Of a stretch of DNA of 64,000 nt, positions 53,593 through 64,000 are shown in pieces. The stretch covers positions 137,139,866-137,203,865 of the forward strand of contig NC_068984.1 of assembly GCF_001194135.2 (NCBI RefSeq). Direction: 5' to 3'. A model generated the notes under the pieces. That model worked only from the letters and a program-made list of their open reading frames with translations, ran no database searches and had not been told where the DNA came from. Position numbers and translations under genes: made by a program. Position 1 is the first letter of the stretch, and each line of letters starts with the position of its first letter. The stretch comes from Octopus bimaculoides. Its lineage: Eukaryota.

Positions 53593-56500
53593 ATGGATCA
53601 GACAGTTACTTGAAAATTTGTTTTGTAGAGATTCCATTTGGTTAAAAATGTTGGCCTCAGATAAGTATTGTCTTATTTCAATAAGATTATGTTAACTAAT
53701 AATGGTAAACCTACAAAAGTACCAAAGTAGCAACTAGGGTTTATGTAACTGAACCAGATTAACCTCTTTCATCTAGAGCAGAGGTTCTCAAATTTTTTAG
53801 GTCACCATCCCCCTCATGGCCACATAATACCCTCAGTGCCCCCACCCTTATTTTATGTATAAATATTTTATATTGTACTAATTTATATATACTATGAATC
53901 ATTTGATATTTAATATAATATTATATAATTTGTATACAATACTATAATAATATAATAAATTCATAGCATCTTCCAATCCACTGCCTTCCTCCCAACGCAC
54001 CCACCTGGACCATCTCAATGCCCACTTTGAGAACCTTTGATCTACAGTGACAGAGCTGTTACAAATATCAACCAAATCTCTAAAACCAAACCTTCCTGCA
54101 GACCTAGATACTGTCTGAGAGAAAAAAAATAATAATTGAAGAACCTAACCAGGCTTCCTTTGAATTTAGCTGACGTGAGTCTTGGCAATATCTTCAGTTC
54201 ATAATCCAAGTGAGAAATTTTGTGATATCCAAGTGGATCAACTGGAATTGCTATATTTATTAAATATTTTAGATTTATATAGTTATTATTGTGTAATCAT
54301 TGGGTTTTGGGAGGTTCGGATTGTAATCAAGGATTTAGAGACAGAAAATATGTTAGAGAGATTCTATGAACTTTTCATTTCCTTTGCAGGAAACTTCTAG
54401 AGTGTGAAGTCTGTCCTAAAACAGCCGAAACCATTTATGATCTGTGCATGTACCTGTTAGAAAACTTAGCTGACACTGAATCTGATGGAGAGGATTATGA
54501 AAAAGAGAATGCACAGGATGAGTACAACTTACCTGCCATGATTTACAGACTAATCAGCTTGGCTCTAACTTCATGGCATCCAAGTAAGTGGATCTTCAAA
54601 TCTGTTGGAATGCATTTAGAATGAATATGTGAATCATTGTTTTGATTCTCACTGTTCACTGGGTATAAGACATTTTATTAAATTCCCTCTGTTATTTATA
54701 AATTTAAAGGGAGGCTTTTTTTCCATTTTTTCCAGACTTGTAATTAAACTTAACTATACTGCTCTGCTGAATTTGTTTTGGGTTTATAGAACAAGTTAAC
54801 CCTTTTGATGCCAACCCAGCTGAAACCGCCTCTGGTTCTTTAGTACAAATGCCTTGTTTTCAAAAGTTCTGAATTAAAATCTTCCACCAAACCTTAGTCA
54901 CAATTTATGTTCCTAACACCAACTTAAAGATTACTAAGTTCATCATCATCGTTTATCATCTGCTTTCCATGCTGGCATGGGTTGGACAGTTTGAGTGAAG
55001 ACTGCAGCAGGCTCCAATCTGATCTGGCAAGGTTTCTACAGCTGGATCCCCTTCCTAACACCAACCACTCTGAGAGTGTAGTGGGTGCTTTTTATGTGCC
55101 ACCAGTACAGGAGCCAGTCAGGCGGCACTATATTTGAAAATTTATGGAAAGAAACACAGAGCATCTCGACAGAAATATGGTAACAAATGGGTTAAATGGT
55201 TTTGATAAATTTTAATATTTGCTCATAAATTGTTGTGACTAGTATAGTTAAGGGTGAGTGATGGCCTGCATATTACTCTGTGAAGTGCGACAGGTGTTTT
55301 GACATAGTGAGGATGATACAAGCATCCTTTCAGAGTCAGGAAAATAAATACCAGTAGAGCACTGGTCGATAAGATTCACTTTACCTCTCTTCAAAATTAA
55401 CGTCCTTGTGACCAGGGTTAAGATTAGATCAAAAATATCTGTTTTGTCTCCTAATTTCTCGTTTGTTCATTATATTCCAGCTTCTCTCAACAAATTCCTC
55501 CATTTAGCAAAGACTGTCCGACTTGCTGCTGCAGCAATTCAACAGACCAACATGGCTGAGGACACATCTCTACCACATGTGAGTTATTACAAAATTCATT
55601 GATTCATTTGGGAGTTTTCCCCCCCTGTCGAAACCTACAATTGTGAAATTTATTGCAGTAGTTAATTGGGATGATATTAGTCTTATTTTATGCTGTTGAT
55701 CTCTAGATCAACCTTGACCATGCGGACCTGTGTTCAAAGTAATTCCATCTGTAGTCATCCCATTTTTATAGTTTTGTAATATGTCTTAAGACAGGTGATT
55801 TGTGGGAGATTTAGCTGTTGTTTCTAACAAGTTCATCAACCACGTAGTAGTCCACTTTCTTAGCTCTAAAGCTGTGGTTCTCAGCTGGGATCCATTTGCA
55901 AAGCAGACTTCTTAACCACATAGCCATGCCTACACCATTATGTCTATATTTTTTATTTATTTATTTATTTTGTGATTAAATAATTGTACATTATTTACAT
56001 TTGACGGATATTTGTCCTCACCATGTTTGTTGTTAACACAACGTTTCGGCTGATATACCCTCCAGCCTTCTGCAGGTGTCTTGGGGAAATTTCGAACCTG
56101 GGTTCACATTCCTAAGGTATTTCTTGATATGATTATTATTATTATTATTATTATTGTTGTTGTTATTATTATAAGCCCTAAAATTCACTCCGTAATTGCT
56201 CACAGGCATATGGCATAGTGGTTAAGAGCACAGGCTACTAACCCCAAGATTCTGAGTTCAATTCCAGGCAGTGATCTGAATAATAATAATAAAAATTAAA
56301 GTAATAATAATAATAATTAAAATAATAATAATAAGAAGAAGAATTAAAATAATAATAATAATAACATTGAAAAATACCTTAGGAATGAGAACCCAGGTTC
56401 GAAATTTCCCCAAGACACCTGATGAAAGCTGGAGGGTATATCAGCCGAAACATTGTGTTAACAACAAACAAGATGAAGACAAATATCCGTCAAACGTAAA

Positions 56501-58113
56501 TAATGTACATAGCTCCTCATCTCTTAAATATAAAACTGTATTAAATAATTGTTTTAGGCCTTGAATAAAGATAATGCTGCCTCCTCAAACAATTGTAAAT
56601 GGAGTTTAATTTCTGAGTTTAAAGAAGATTGTTTCATTATGGAGTCATCTGCCCTTGTTCCTTTGATTGCAAATTCTGTTCAACTTGATCCACTTCTAAA
56701 GAGGAGATTTAGTAAGTATTGTTTTATTTTCCCCAATATTCCAGTTTGATGTGTGGAGTTTTTAGACATCTGTTCATGGCAGCTACTTCACATAAGTTCT
56801 GTTAACATTCTTTTAGACTAGTGGTTCTCAACTTTGGCCCATGTGTGTAACCCTTGGGGGTTCTTATGATTTTGTTAAAGTTTATCTGCAATAAATTAAT
56901 TATACTTCTACAATGCACAAAATATTTTTTAAACATTGAATGGTTATGAGGGTCCGTCTGAAGAAAAAAAAACCGGGATCAAAGGGACCCGTAGACAAAA
57001 AACAAAGGGTTGAGAAACAGTTTTAGAAACATTTGAGCGAGGTCATTGCTAGTGCCACTGGACTGGCACCTGTGCATGTGGCATGTAAAAAACACCTTTT
57101 TGGGCATGGCTGTTGCCAGTACCACCTGACTGGCCCTCGTGCGGGTGACACATAAAAGCACCCACTACACTCTCGGAGTGGTTGGCGTTAGGAAGGGCAT
57201 CCAGCTGTAGAAACTCTGTCAGATCAGATTGGAACTGGTGCTGCCATCTGGTTTCACCAGTCCTCAGTCAAATCGTCCAACCCATGCTAGCATGGAAAGT
57301 GGCATAAAAAAAAAAAGAAAAGAAATTCTGTTATATTTTGTGTATCATAGAAATATAACCAGTTTATTGCAGATAAATTTCGACCACAAAATCTGATCTG
57401 GACTCTGGTTGAGAACACTCATTTACCATTTCCATTCATACGGCATTGGCCAGCCTGAGGTTGTAGTAGTAGACACTCGCCCAAGCTGCCATACAGTGGG
57501 ACTGAACCCAGAACTTCATGGTTAAAAAGCAAACTTCATAACTACACACACCGATACATGCATTCAATATTCTTGATGTCATTGTTAATAACGATGATGA
57601 TGGTGAAACTGAGCCCCTCCCCCTCCTTATGCTAATTTTGTGTCTTTTCTTTACAGTTCCCCCTACACCTCCTACCAATGACACCGAGTCCACAGAGGCT
57701 GTTGATAATTATATGAAACAGTACTACAGTGAGGTACTACAACTGTATACCGATACAATACCACCATTAGTGGACTATCTCAAACTTAACCGCAGCTTGG
57801 AACTTGTCTACCAATACACTGTGCATTTCTTCTTTACTGTTGTGGAATATTCCGTCCACTACACTGCTGATGTCACGTTAATTAAACAGGTAAATTTCTC
57901 ACAGAACAGAAAATGTTTTGACTTACTCTCTCTTTTACTTGTTTCAGTCATTTGACTGCGGCCATGCTGGAGCATCGCCTTTAGTCGAGCAAATCGACCC
58001 CAGGACTTATTCTTTGTAAGCCTAGTACTTATTCTATCAGTCTCTTTTTGCCGACGTAAACACACCAGCATCGGTTGTCAAGTGATGGTGGGGGGACAAA
58101 CACAGACACACAA

Positions 58114-58152
<39 letters not shown>

Positions 58153-61100
58153 NNNNNNNNNNNNNNNNNNNNNNNNNNNNNNNNNNNNNNNNNNNNNNNN
58201 NNNNNNNNNATATATAACGGGCTTCTTTCAGTTTCCGTCTACCAAATCCACTCAAAAGGCTTTGGTCTGCTATAGTAGAAGACATTTGCCCAAGGTGCCA
58301 CGCAGTGGGACTGAACCCGGAACCATGTGGTTGGTAGGCCAGCTACTTACCACACAGCCAGTCCTGTGCCTTTTTTTTTTTTTCCCCCATTTCTTCTTTG
58401 TTATTTTTCTTTTGTCTTGTTCCAGTCATTGGACAGCAACCATGCTGGGGCACCACCTTGAAGGATTTTAGTCAAATGAGTCAACCCTAGTGCTATTCTA
58501 ATTCTGTTGGTCTCATTTACTGAACTGCTGACTTATAGGGATGTTAACAACCCAACACCAGTTGTCAGGTTGGGTGATAAACACACACCATCATTGTTTA
58601 ACATCCGCTTTGCATGCTGGCATGGGTTGGATGTCATGGTTTCTGTGACTGGATGCCCTTCCTCAATCCAAACACTTTACAAAGTGTATGGACACTTTTA
58701 TGTGGTGCCAGCACGAGAACTTTTTTACATGACACCAGCATGGGTACTTTTCTAAAGTTTTTTTTTTTTTTTTTTTTTTTACATTTAAAGTAATTATGTG
58801 GTCAAGAAATGCACTAGGTTTGATTTGTTTTATTAACCTCTTCAAGCCAGTGCCCCAGCATGGCCACAATCCAATGATTGAAAGACCGAAATGAGTAAAA
58901 GAGATCTAAGTATGAAAATCTTATTCTGAACAGAGAAAATAATAGCCATTAATATTTATTTATTGTCTGATTATAGGAGAGTTTTGATACCAAAGACATG
59001 ATGAAATATCTAAACCAAATTACTAGCACAAGTCAACTTCAGGAATTGGTGGTCCATCTCCTTCAGAAGGTAACTATTCTCTCTTTTTTCTTATCTAAAA
59101 TAATTTTATTTTGTTCATTTTCTTAAAATATTTTTACACTTCTTTTAAGCAAGCTCCATCTATATACTCTCTCTCTCTTTTACACTTTTACTTGTTTCAG
59201 TCATTTGGCTGCGGCCATGCTGGAGCACTGCCTTTAGTCGAATCAAATCGACCCCAGGACTTATTCTTTGTAAGCCTAGTACTTATTCTATCGTTCCTTT
59301 TGCCGAACCGCTAAGTTATGGGGACATAAACACACCAGCATTTTAGCCTTGGGCCAATCAAGGCCTTGTGAATGGATTTGGTGGACAGAAACTGAAAGAA
59401 GCCCATTTTATATATATATATATATATCTGTGTGTGGCTTTGTGTCTCCCACCACTTGTTGACAACTGATGTTGGTATGTTCTTGTCCTCATAACTTAGC
59501 GGTTCNNNNNNNNNNNNNNNNNNNNNNNNNNNNNNNNNNNNNNNNNNNNNNNNNNNNNNNNNNNNNNNNNNNNNNNNNNNNNNNNNNNNNNNNNNNNNNN
59601 NNNNNNNNNNNNNNNNNNNNNNNNNNNNNNNNNNNNNNNNNNNNNNNNNNNNNNNNNNNNNNNNNNNNNNNNNNNNNNNNNNNNNNNNNNNNNNNNNNNN
59701 NNNNNNNNNNNNNNNNNNNNNNNNNNNNNNNNNNNNNNNNNNNNNNNNNNNNNNNNNNNNNNNNNNNNNNNNNNNNNNNNNNNNNNNNNNNNNNNNNNNN
59801 NNNNNNNNNNNNNNNNNNNNNNNNNNNNNNNNNNNNNNNNNNNNNNNNNNNNNNNNNNNNNNNNNNNNNNNNNNNNNNNNNNNNNNNNNNNNNNNNNNNN
59901 NNNNNNNNNNNNNNNNNNNNNNNNNNNNNNNNNNNNNNNNNNNNNNNNNNNNNNNNNNNNNNNNNNNNNNNNNNNNNNNNNNNNNNNNNNNNNNNNNNNN
60001 NNNNNNNNNNNNNNNNNNNNNNNNNNNNNNNNNNNNNNNNNNNNNNNNNNNNNNNNNNNNNNNNNNNNNNNNNNNNNNNNNNNNNNNNNNNNNNNNNNNN
60101 NNNNNNNNNNNNNNNNNNNNNNNNNNNNNNNNNNNNNNNNNNNNNNNNNNNNNNNNNNNNNNNNNNNNNNNNNNNNNNNNNNNNNNNNNNNNNNNNNNNN
60201 NNNNNNNNNNNNNNNACACATATATATATATATGTGTTAGGAAGGGCATCCAGCTGTAGAAACTCTGCCAAATCAGACTGGAGCCTGGTGTTGCCATCCG
60301 GTTTCACCAGTCCTCAGTCAAATCGTCCAACCCATGCTAGCATGGAAAGCGGACGTTAAACGATGATGATGTGTGTGTGTGACCGCGTGTATATCGTTGG
60401 CGATTTTCTTTCTCTGTCTTCATTTCTTTGGACTGTTTCTATATTTCTGATGAAACCGGCCCCTTTGCTCCTTACAGAGTGACGTGGACTAACCATGTGT
60501 TTTTTTTTATTCATTTCACAGGCCCTGGCTAAAGTAGGGAATGCCTTGGCTGTCCTTCACAAAGAATATGATGAGATTGCAAAGTGTATGGAACTTGAAA
60601 CCAGTGCGTACTGGGGGTATCAGCTTGGAAAATACAAGGTATGGTATGATAAATTATAATGGAGGTTGTTAACTTAACTAAGCCCCTATTACCTATGAAT
60701 CTTGTCTGTGGTCTTGTGTCACTTTGAGTTATACTACAAAGTAATTGCTGGTAGAGACACTGTATTTCGCTATACAACCATAATATACCTTCAAGTATAT
60801 TGAAGGCGTATAACTCGGCCCGAGGCTATAGTACAGGACACTTGGCCAAGATTCCACGCAGTGGGACTGATCCTGGAACCATGTGATTGGTAAGCAAGCT
60901 ACTTACCACACAGACACTCTGTCAATTTTTTTCTTTCTTTTTTTTGTTGTTCTCTAGCACATGAAAATCTAGTCTGGACAATTGATTCTTACTACTTAAG
61001 CTCTTCAGTCTCTGTGGAGTATTGTTCCCATCTGCTGTGACCATGTGGCTTGTGGTCAACTACCATAAGCCATCAACCCAGCCAGATCCTCAGTGAAGAG

Positions 61101-61668
61101 AACACAGTAGGCAGGGTGTAACTTGGACAATCAAACATGGGCCAAACAGTCTGAGCTAGCACCCACAAATCATACAACAGGATGCATCCCAGTTTCTGAA
61201 GGGAATCGTTGGTTAGATACAAAACCTGACCAATGGTAACCTATGATCTTGCAAAGCATCCTGGTACCAAATGTGTTCAGGCACCACACCAGGATTAACT
61301 GCAATCAGTGCACTGTCTTGGGTGGTTGTATTACGCTGGTGTTATCCAGGTATGCCAAGATAGAACTTACAACAAGATTTGGTCTCTTCCAAGAACTGGA
61401 TTAGATTGTGAAGACCCAGTCAACCCCTGTTAGCATGGAAAGCAGATGATGAGTATCTTTATGTTTTGATTTCAGATATGTTTCAAAGATGCGTTCCATG
61501 GCCCACTAAATGAGAAATACAAAGTTCTACAGCAAATGGTTGGCTGCAGGTCCATTGGTACTGAAGTCATCAAAAAGTTCTGCAAGTGAGTTTACTATTT
61601 ACAATTTCTTTGCAATCATACATATGTACAATTTTCACTTGGAGAGAAGCCTGTCATGTGTGTGTGTG

Positions 61669-61715
<47 letters not shown>

Positions 61716-61941
61716 TCATCATCGTCGTTTAACGTCCGCTTTCCATGCTAGCATGGGTTGGACAATTTGACTGAGGACTGGTGAAACCAGATGGCTACAC
61801 CAGGCTCCAATCTGATTTAGCAGAGTTTCTACAGCTGGATGCCTTTCCTAACGCCAACCACTCAGAGAGTGTAGTGGGTGCTTTTTACGTGCCACTGGCA
61901 CGAAGGCCGGTCAGGCGGTATTGGCAACGGCCACGCTCAAA

Positions 61942-61974
<33 letters not shown>

Positions 61975-63602
61975 ATGCGCTTCTTCGAGTTTCCCATCTA
62001 TCAAATCCACNNNNNNNNNNNNNNNNNNNNNNNNNNNNNNNNNNNNNNNNNNNNNNNNNNNNNNNNNNNNNNNNNNNNNNNNNNNNNNNNNNNNNNNNNN
62101 NNNNNNNNNNNNNNNNNNNNNNNNNNNNNNNNNNNNNNNNNNNNNNNNNNNNNNNNNNNNNNNNNNNNNNNNNNNNNNNNNNNNNNNNNNNNNNNNNNNN
62201 NNNNNNNNNNNNNNNNNNNNNNNNNNNNNNNNNNNNNNNNNNNNNNNNNNNNNNNNNNNNNNNNNNNNNNNNNNNNNNNNNNNNNNNNNNNNNNNNNNNN
62301 NNNNNNNNNNNNNNNNNNNNNNNNNNNNNNNNNNNNNNNNNNNNNNNNNNNNNNNNNNNNNNNNNNNNNNNNNNNNNNNNNNNNNNNNNNNNNNNNNNNN
62401 NNNNNNNNNNNNNNNNNNNNNNNNNNNNNNNNNNNTTGTTACCCCTAATAAATCTTATTCAGCCCTTTCCTTTCAACTGTCCTTGTTCTTTCTCTTCATC
62501 TGCCGCTACTCCTCTAATTTTTTTCTTAGCCATTTAGCATTTAATCCATTAGCACCCATGATCCTTTTTTTAGGACCAGAAGGATAATCCATCATATTTC
62601 TGCAATACCTGTATTTTTCTCGGAGTGTTTGGCGTTAGGAAGGGCATCCAACTGTAGAAGCTCTGCCAGATCAGATTGGAGCCTGATCCGGCCATCTGGT
62701 TCACCATTCCTCAGTCAAATCATCCAACCCATGCTAGCATGGAAAGCGGACGTTAAACGATGATGATGATGATCTTTGGTTAGTCATCAAGACTGGAGTG
62801 TCTTTCAAATATTGTAATAAACATTTTTTTTATATATATTTAGTATCATAAAGTTATATTTAAAAAAAAAAATTTTTTTTTTTGGTAATAAATCAAATAA
62901 AAAAAAATTGAGACACTAATGGGTTAAACTGGTCTATTCCAGCACATTATGTAAAGTGCTAGGCATTAGGAAGGACATCCCACTGTAGAAATTGTAACAG
63001 AGAATTGGATTCTGGACAGCTCCCCGGAGGGGCAGCTCTTTTCTCACCATCCAACCCATGCCAGCATGGAAAACATATTAAATGATAATGATGACGGTGA
63101 TGATATTCTACATGTTTTATGTTCAAATTGGCCAGATCTGGCTTTTCATATCTAGCCTACAATGTTAATCTGCAAACAAACAATCACATCAAAATCTCAA
63201 AGCTATGAGATAATTTATGATTAATTCTCAACAATGTGAATAAATAAACATTACATTTGACAGTAACTTGAATGCTAATGAGTTAATTTTTTCAATCCCA
63301 TTTGTCACCTTTTCCTTGCTTCCTTTCACCCTATCCCCCACCTCTCGCAAATTTTATTAATATGTTTAAAGACCTAGATTTAGAACGTTTTTTTCCCCAC
63401 CACTATGCCAAAATTCCAAGCAACAGTCTTTTCCCCGTAACTTTGCAAAGATAGGAAGTGATAAACCCCAAGCTCCCCCTGTTGTAAGAGTAGTCATGTC
63501 AGTTCTTCCTCCAATCAACAGGTCAATATGTATGACTATGAAACTCTGTCGCTGATTCTTGATGAAGCTTGCAAGCTTGAGGAGAATTCCTTCCTTGATA
63601 AG
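21056..63602 (+). CDS. KNTC1: Kinetochore-associated protein 1 / Rough deal (ROD), RZZ complex subunit; 5' ~1,400 codons, gene continues beyond the right edge
   Basis: Hand-spliced GT-AG exons: 21056-21187, 21685-21802, 22676-22791, 24234-24303, 25274-25360, 26291-26403, 26717-26804, 27807-27871, 28633-28742, 29427-29571, 30674-30711, 30984-31046, 31181-31256, 31916-32035, 33015-33104, 33762-33818, 34126-34187, 34314-34422, 34832-34975, 37240-37356, 39355-39474, 40462-40605, 41597-41692, 43019-43122, 46017-46125, 47171-47308, 48288-48407, 49784-49859, 50672-50736, 51177-51284, 52675-52700, 53422-53523, 54390-54583, 55481-55578, 56558-56711, 57657-57889, 58977-59069, 60522-60638, 61476-61585, 63522-63602. 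Phases are consistent except across the gap at 62011-62435. Colinear matches to recalled human KNTC1 include GTALYQV, RFQTLLRKMRFEEAKNFAEQYGLDIQ (human RLSRLLHKHRFAEAESFAIQFGLDVE), DDHFVVQLCL, EWPSNAL, KYNCK, VFRMLDR, WESKALAVI, IPWS, SMEDAL, NLPAMIY, FKED, WGYQLGK and YDYETL. Confidence 0.95.
37484..37848 (+). mobile_element. tRNA-derived SINE family D (representative copy)
   Basis: Head GGAGGCACAATGGCCCAGTGGTTAGGGCAGCGG...GGTTTCGATTCCCAG. The 3' block GCAGGCTGTTCCGTTGATCGGATCAACTGGAACCCTCG...GAGTGCCA is shared with 30480-30570 and 31540-31840; the head is shared with 43330-43445 (-). Confidence 0.7.
42112..42250. mobile_element. piggyBac-type MITE family 1, internally deleted copy
   Basis: TTAA-CCCTTTC ... 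GAAAGGG-TTAA; the body is colinear with 10367-10588 but lacks the middle. Confidence 0.75.
44564..44800 (-). mobile_element. RTE-type LINE ORF2 fragment (abuts an assembly gap)
   Basis: Minus frame reads FVCGRCSGAIKTVSKQETTSISFQGEKLEVVDSFRYLGDQVSSGGGCAESVAARIRIAW, containing the V..F.YLG......R...AW motif at the end of the RT domain in RTE-like non-LTR elements. Confidence 0.85.
49444..49666. mobile_element. piggyBac-type MITE family 2
   Basis: TTAA flanks at 49440-49443 and 49667-49670; perfect 14-bp TIR CCCATTAAGTCCCA/TGGGACTTAATGGG; two internal GTGTCCTAT-NN-ATAGGACA palindromes. Confidence 0.85.
53779..54039. mobile_element. hAT (Charlie-like) MITE
   Basis: TIR CAGAGGTTCTCAAA/TTTGAGAACCTTTG; 8-bp TSD ATCTAGAG/ATCTACAG (7/8 match). 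Confidence 0.8.
54800..55191. mobile_element. piggyBac-type MITE family 1 with a family-B SINE inserted (54941-55130)
   Basis: TTAA-CCCTTTTG at 54796 and ATGGG-TTAA at 55187-55195; both halves match 10367-10588. Confidence 0.75.
55985..56130 (-). mobile_element. Hammerhead-bearing SINE tail, copy 2 (head not seen)
   Basis: Reverse complement of the tail at 5021-5165 and 56365-56510, followed by an (ATT)n tract. Confidence 0.8.
56035..56080 (-). ncRNA. Minimal hammerhead ribozyme motif (copy 2; core A6 changed to C)
   Basis: Minus strand reads GACAC-CTGCAGA-A-GGCTG(gagggtatat)CAGCC-GAAA-CGTT-GTGTT, with fully paired stems I and II and a palindromic AACGTT stem III. Confidence 0.65.
56205..56540 (+). 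mobile_element. tRNA-headed SINE with hammerhead-bearing tail, copy 3 (uninterrupted)
   Basis: Head GGCATATGGCATAGTGGTTAAGAGC...GAGTTCAATTCCAGGCAGTG, then an AAT-rich linker, then the shared tail, ending just upstream of the KNTC1 acceptor at 56557. Confidence 0.8.
56414..56459 (+). ncRNA. Minimal hammerhead ribozyme motif (copy 3; CUGAUGA/GAAA core intact)
   Basis: GACAC-CTGATGA-A-AGCTG(gagggtatat)CAGCC-GAAA-CATT-GTGTT. Stem I GACAC/GUGUU; stem II GCUG/CAGC with a basal A-C mismatch; predicted cleavage after 56454. Confidence 0.7.
56819..57020. mobile_element. hAT (Charlie-like) MITE, older
   Basis: TAGTGGTTCTCAAC ... GTTGAGAAACAG; flanks TTTTAGAC/TTTTAGAA (7/8 match). Confidence 0.6.
60980..61400 (-). 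mobile_element. Degraded RTE-like LINE, post-RT 3' fragment
   Basis: Minus strand reads LNTFGTRMLCKIIGYHWSGFVSNQRFPSETGMHPVV*, followed by a frameshifted LRLFG(H)V, a typical non-LTR post-RT motif. Confidence 0.6.
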
Positions 63603-64000
63603 GTGAGTTCAACATTATTATAATTCTGAAGGAACTCTACCCTTTGCTCCTTGCACAGTTGTGGCATACTTCCTTATGTCTTTCTCCCCCCGCCCTCTCT
63701 CTCTCCATGCATGCATGCATACATACATATAAATAGGAAAAATATTTGAAGCTTTAACCGGTTTCAGTTTATTCTGATTTTCAAAAATTTAAATAGAATG
63801 ACGTGGCTCATGTCACAGCTGTTTTGCTTCTGACTAGTGTTTGAAGCTTGCTCTATTTTTATAGCTTGTTTGAAGCTTTCCCTAAATCTTTAAATATGAT
63901 AATAAAAAATATATTAACTATTTTCTGTACATTTTCAACTATTTTACCTATATTTCTACCCGTGTGGAATAAAATAACTCTGTTTTATATATATATATAT

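Noticed and set aside
60395-60460. Isolated TTTCTGATGAA as a second hammerhead
   Set aside because: No stem II or GAAA follows; at most it is a truncated repeat fragment.
21056-63602. Minor (U12-type) introns in KNTC1
   Set aside because: No donor matches RTATCCTT; all are GT-AG with U2-type context, including a weak GTTCGT donor at 31047 and an AAG acceptor at 34831.

Overview
Repeat-rich eukaryotic genomic DNA with microsatellites and N-gaps; the SINE families look octopus-like (inference, not a database result). Two spliced genes lie head-to-head. PNPT1 (mitochondrial PNPase) runs on the minus strand from ATG 16311 off the left edge, with 5 coding exons visible. KNTC1/Rough deal (RZZ kinetochore complex) runs on the plus strand from ATG 21056 off the right edge, with 40 coding exons (~1,400 codons) visible and about 3 more predicted inside assembly gaps. 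They share a ~100-bp promoter containing a correctly spaced CDE/CHR cell-cycle element. Introns contain tRNA-derived SINEs, piggyBac-, hAT- and mariner-type MITEs and RTE LINE relics. The most notable signal is a SINE with a tRNA-Arg-like head, an (AAT)n linker and a tail carrying a Penelope-type minimal hammerhead ribozyme. It has three copies; two form an inverted pair in one KNTC1 intron, with the sense copy ~100 nt from a splice acceptor. All comparisons with human proteins and known repeat families are from memory and need confirming by alignment.
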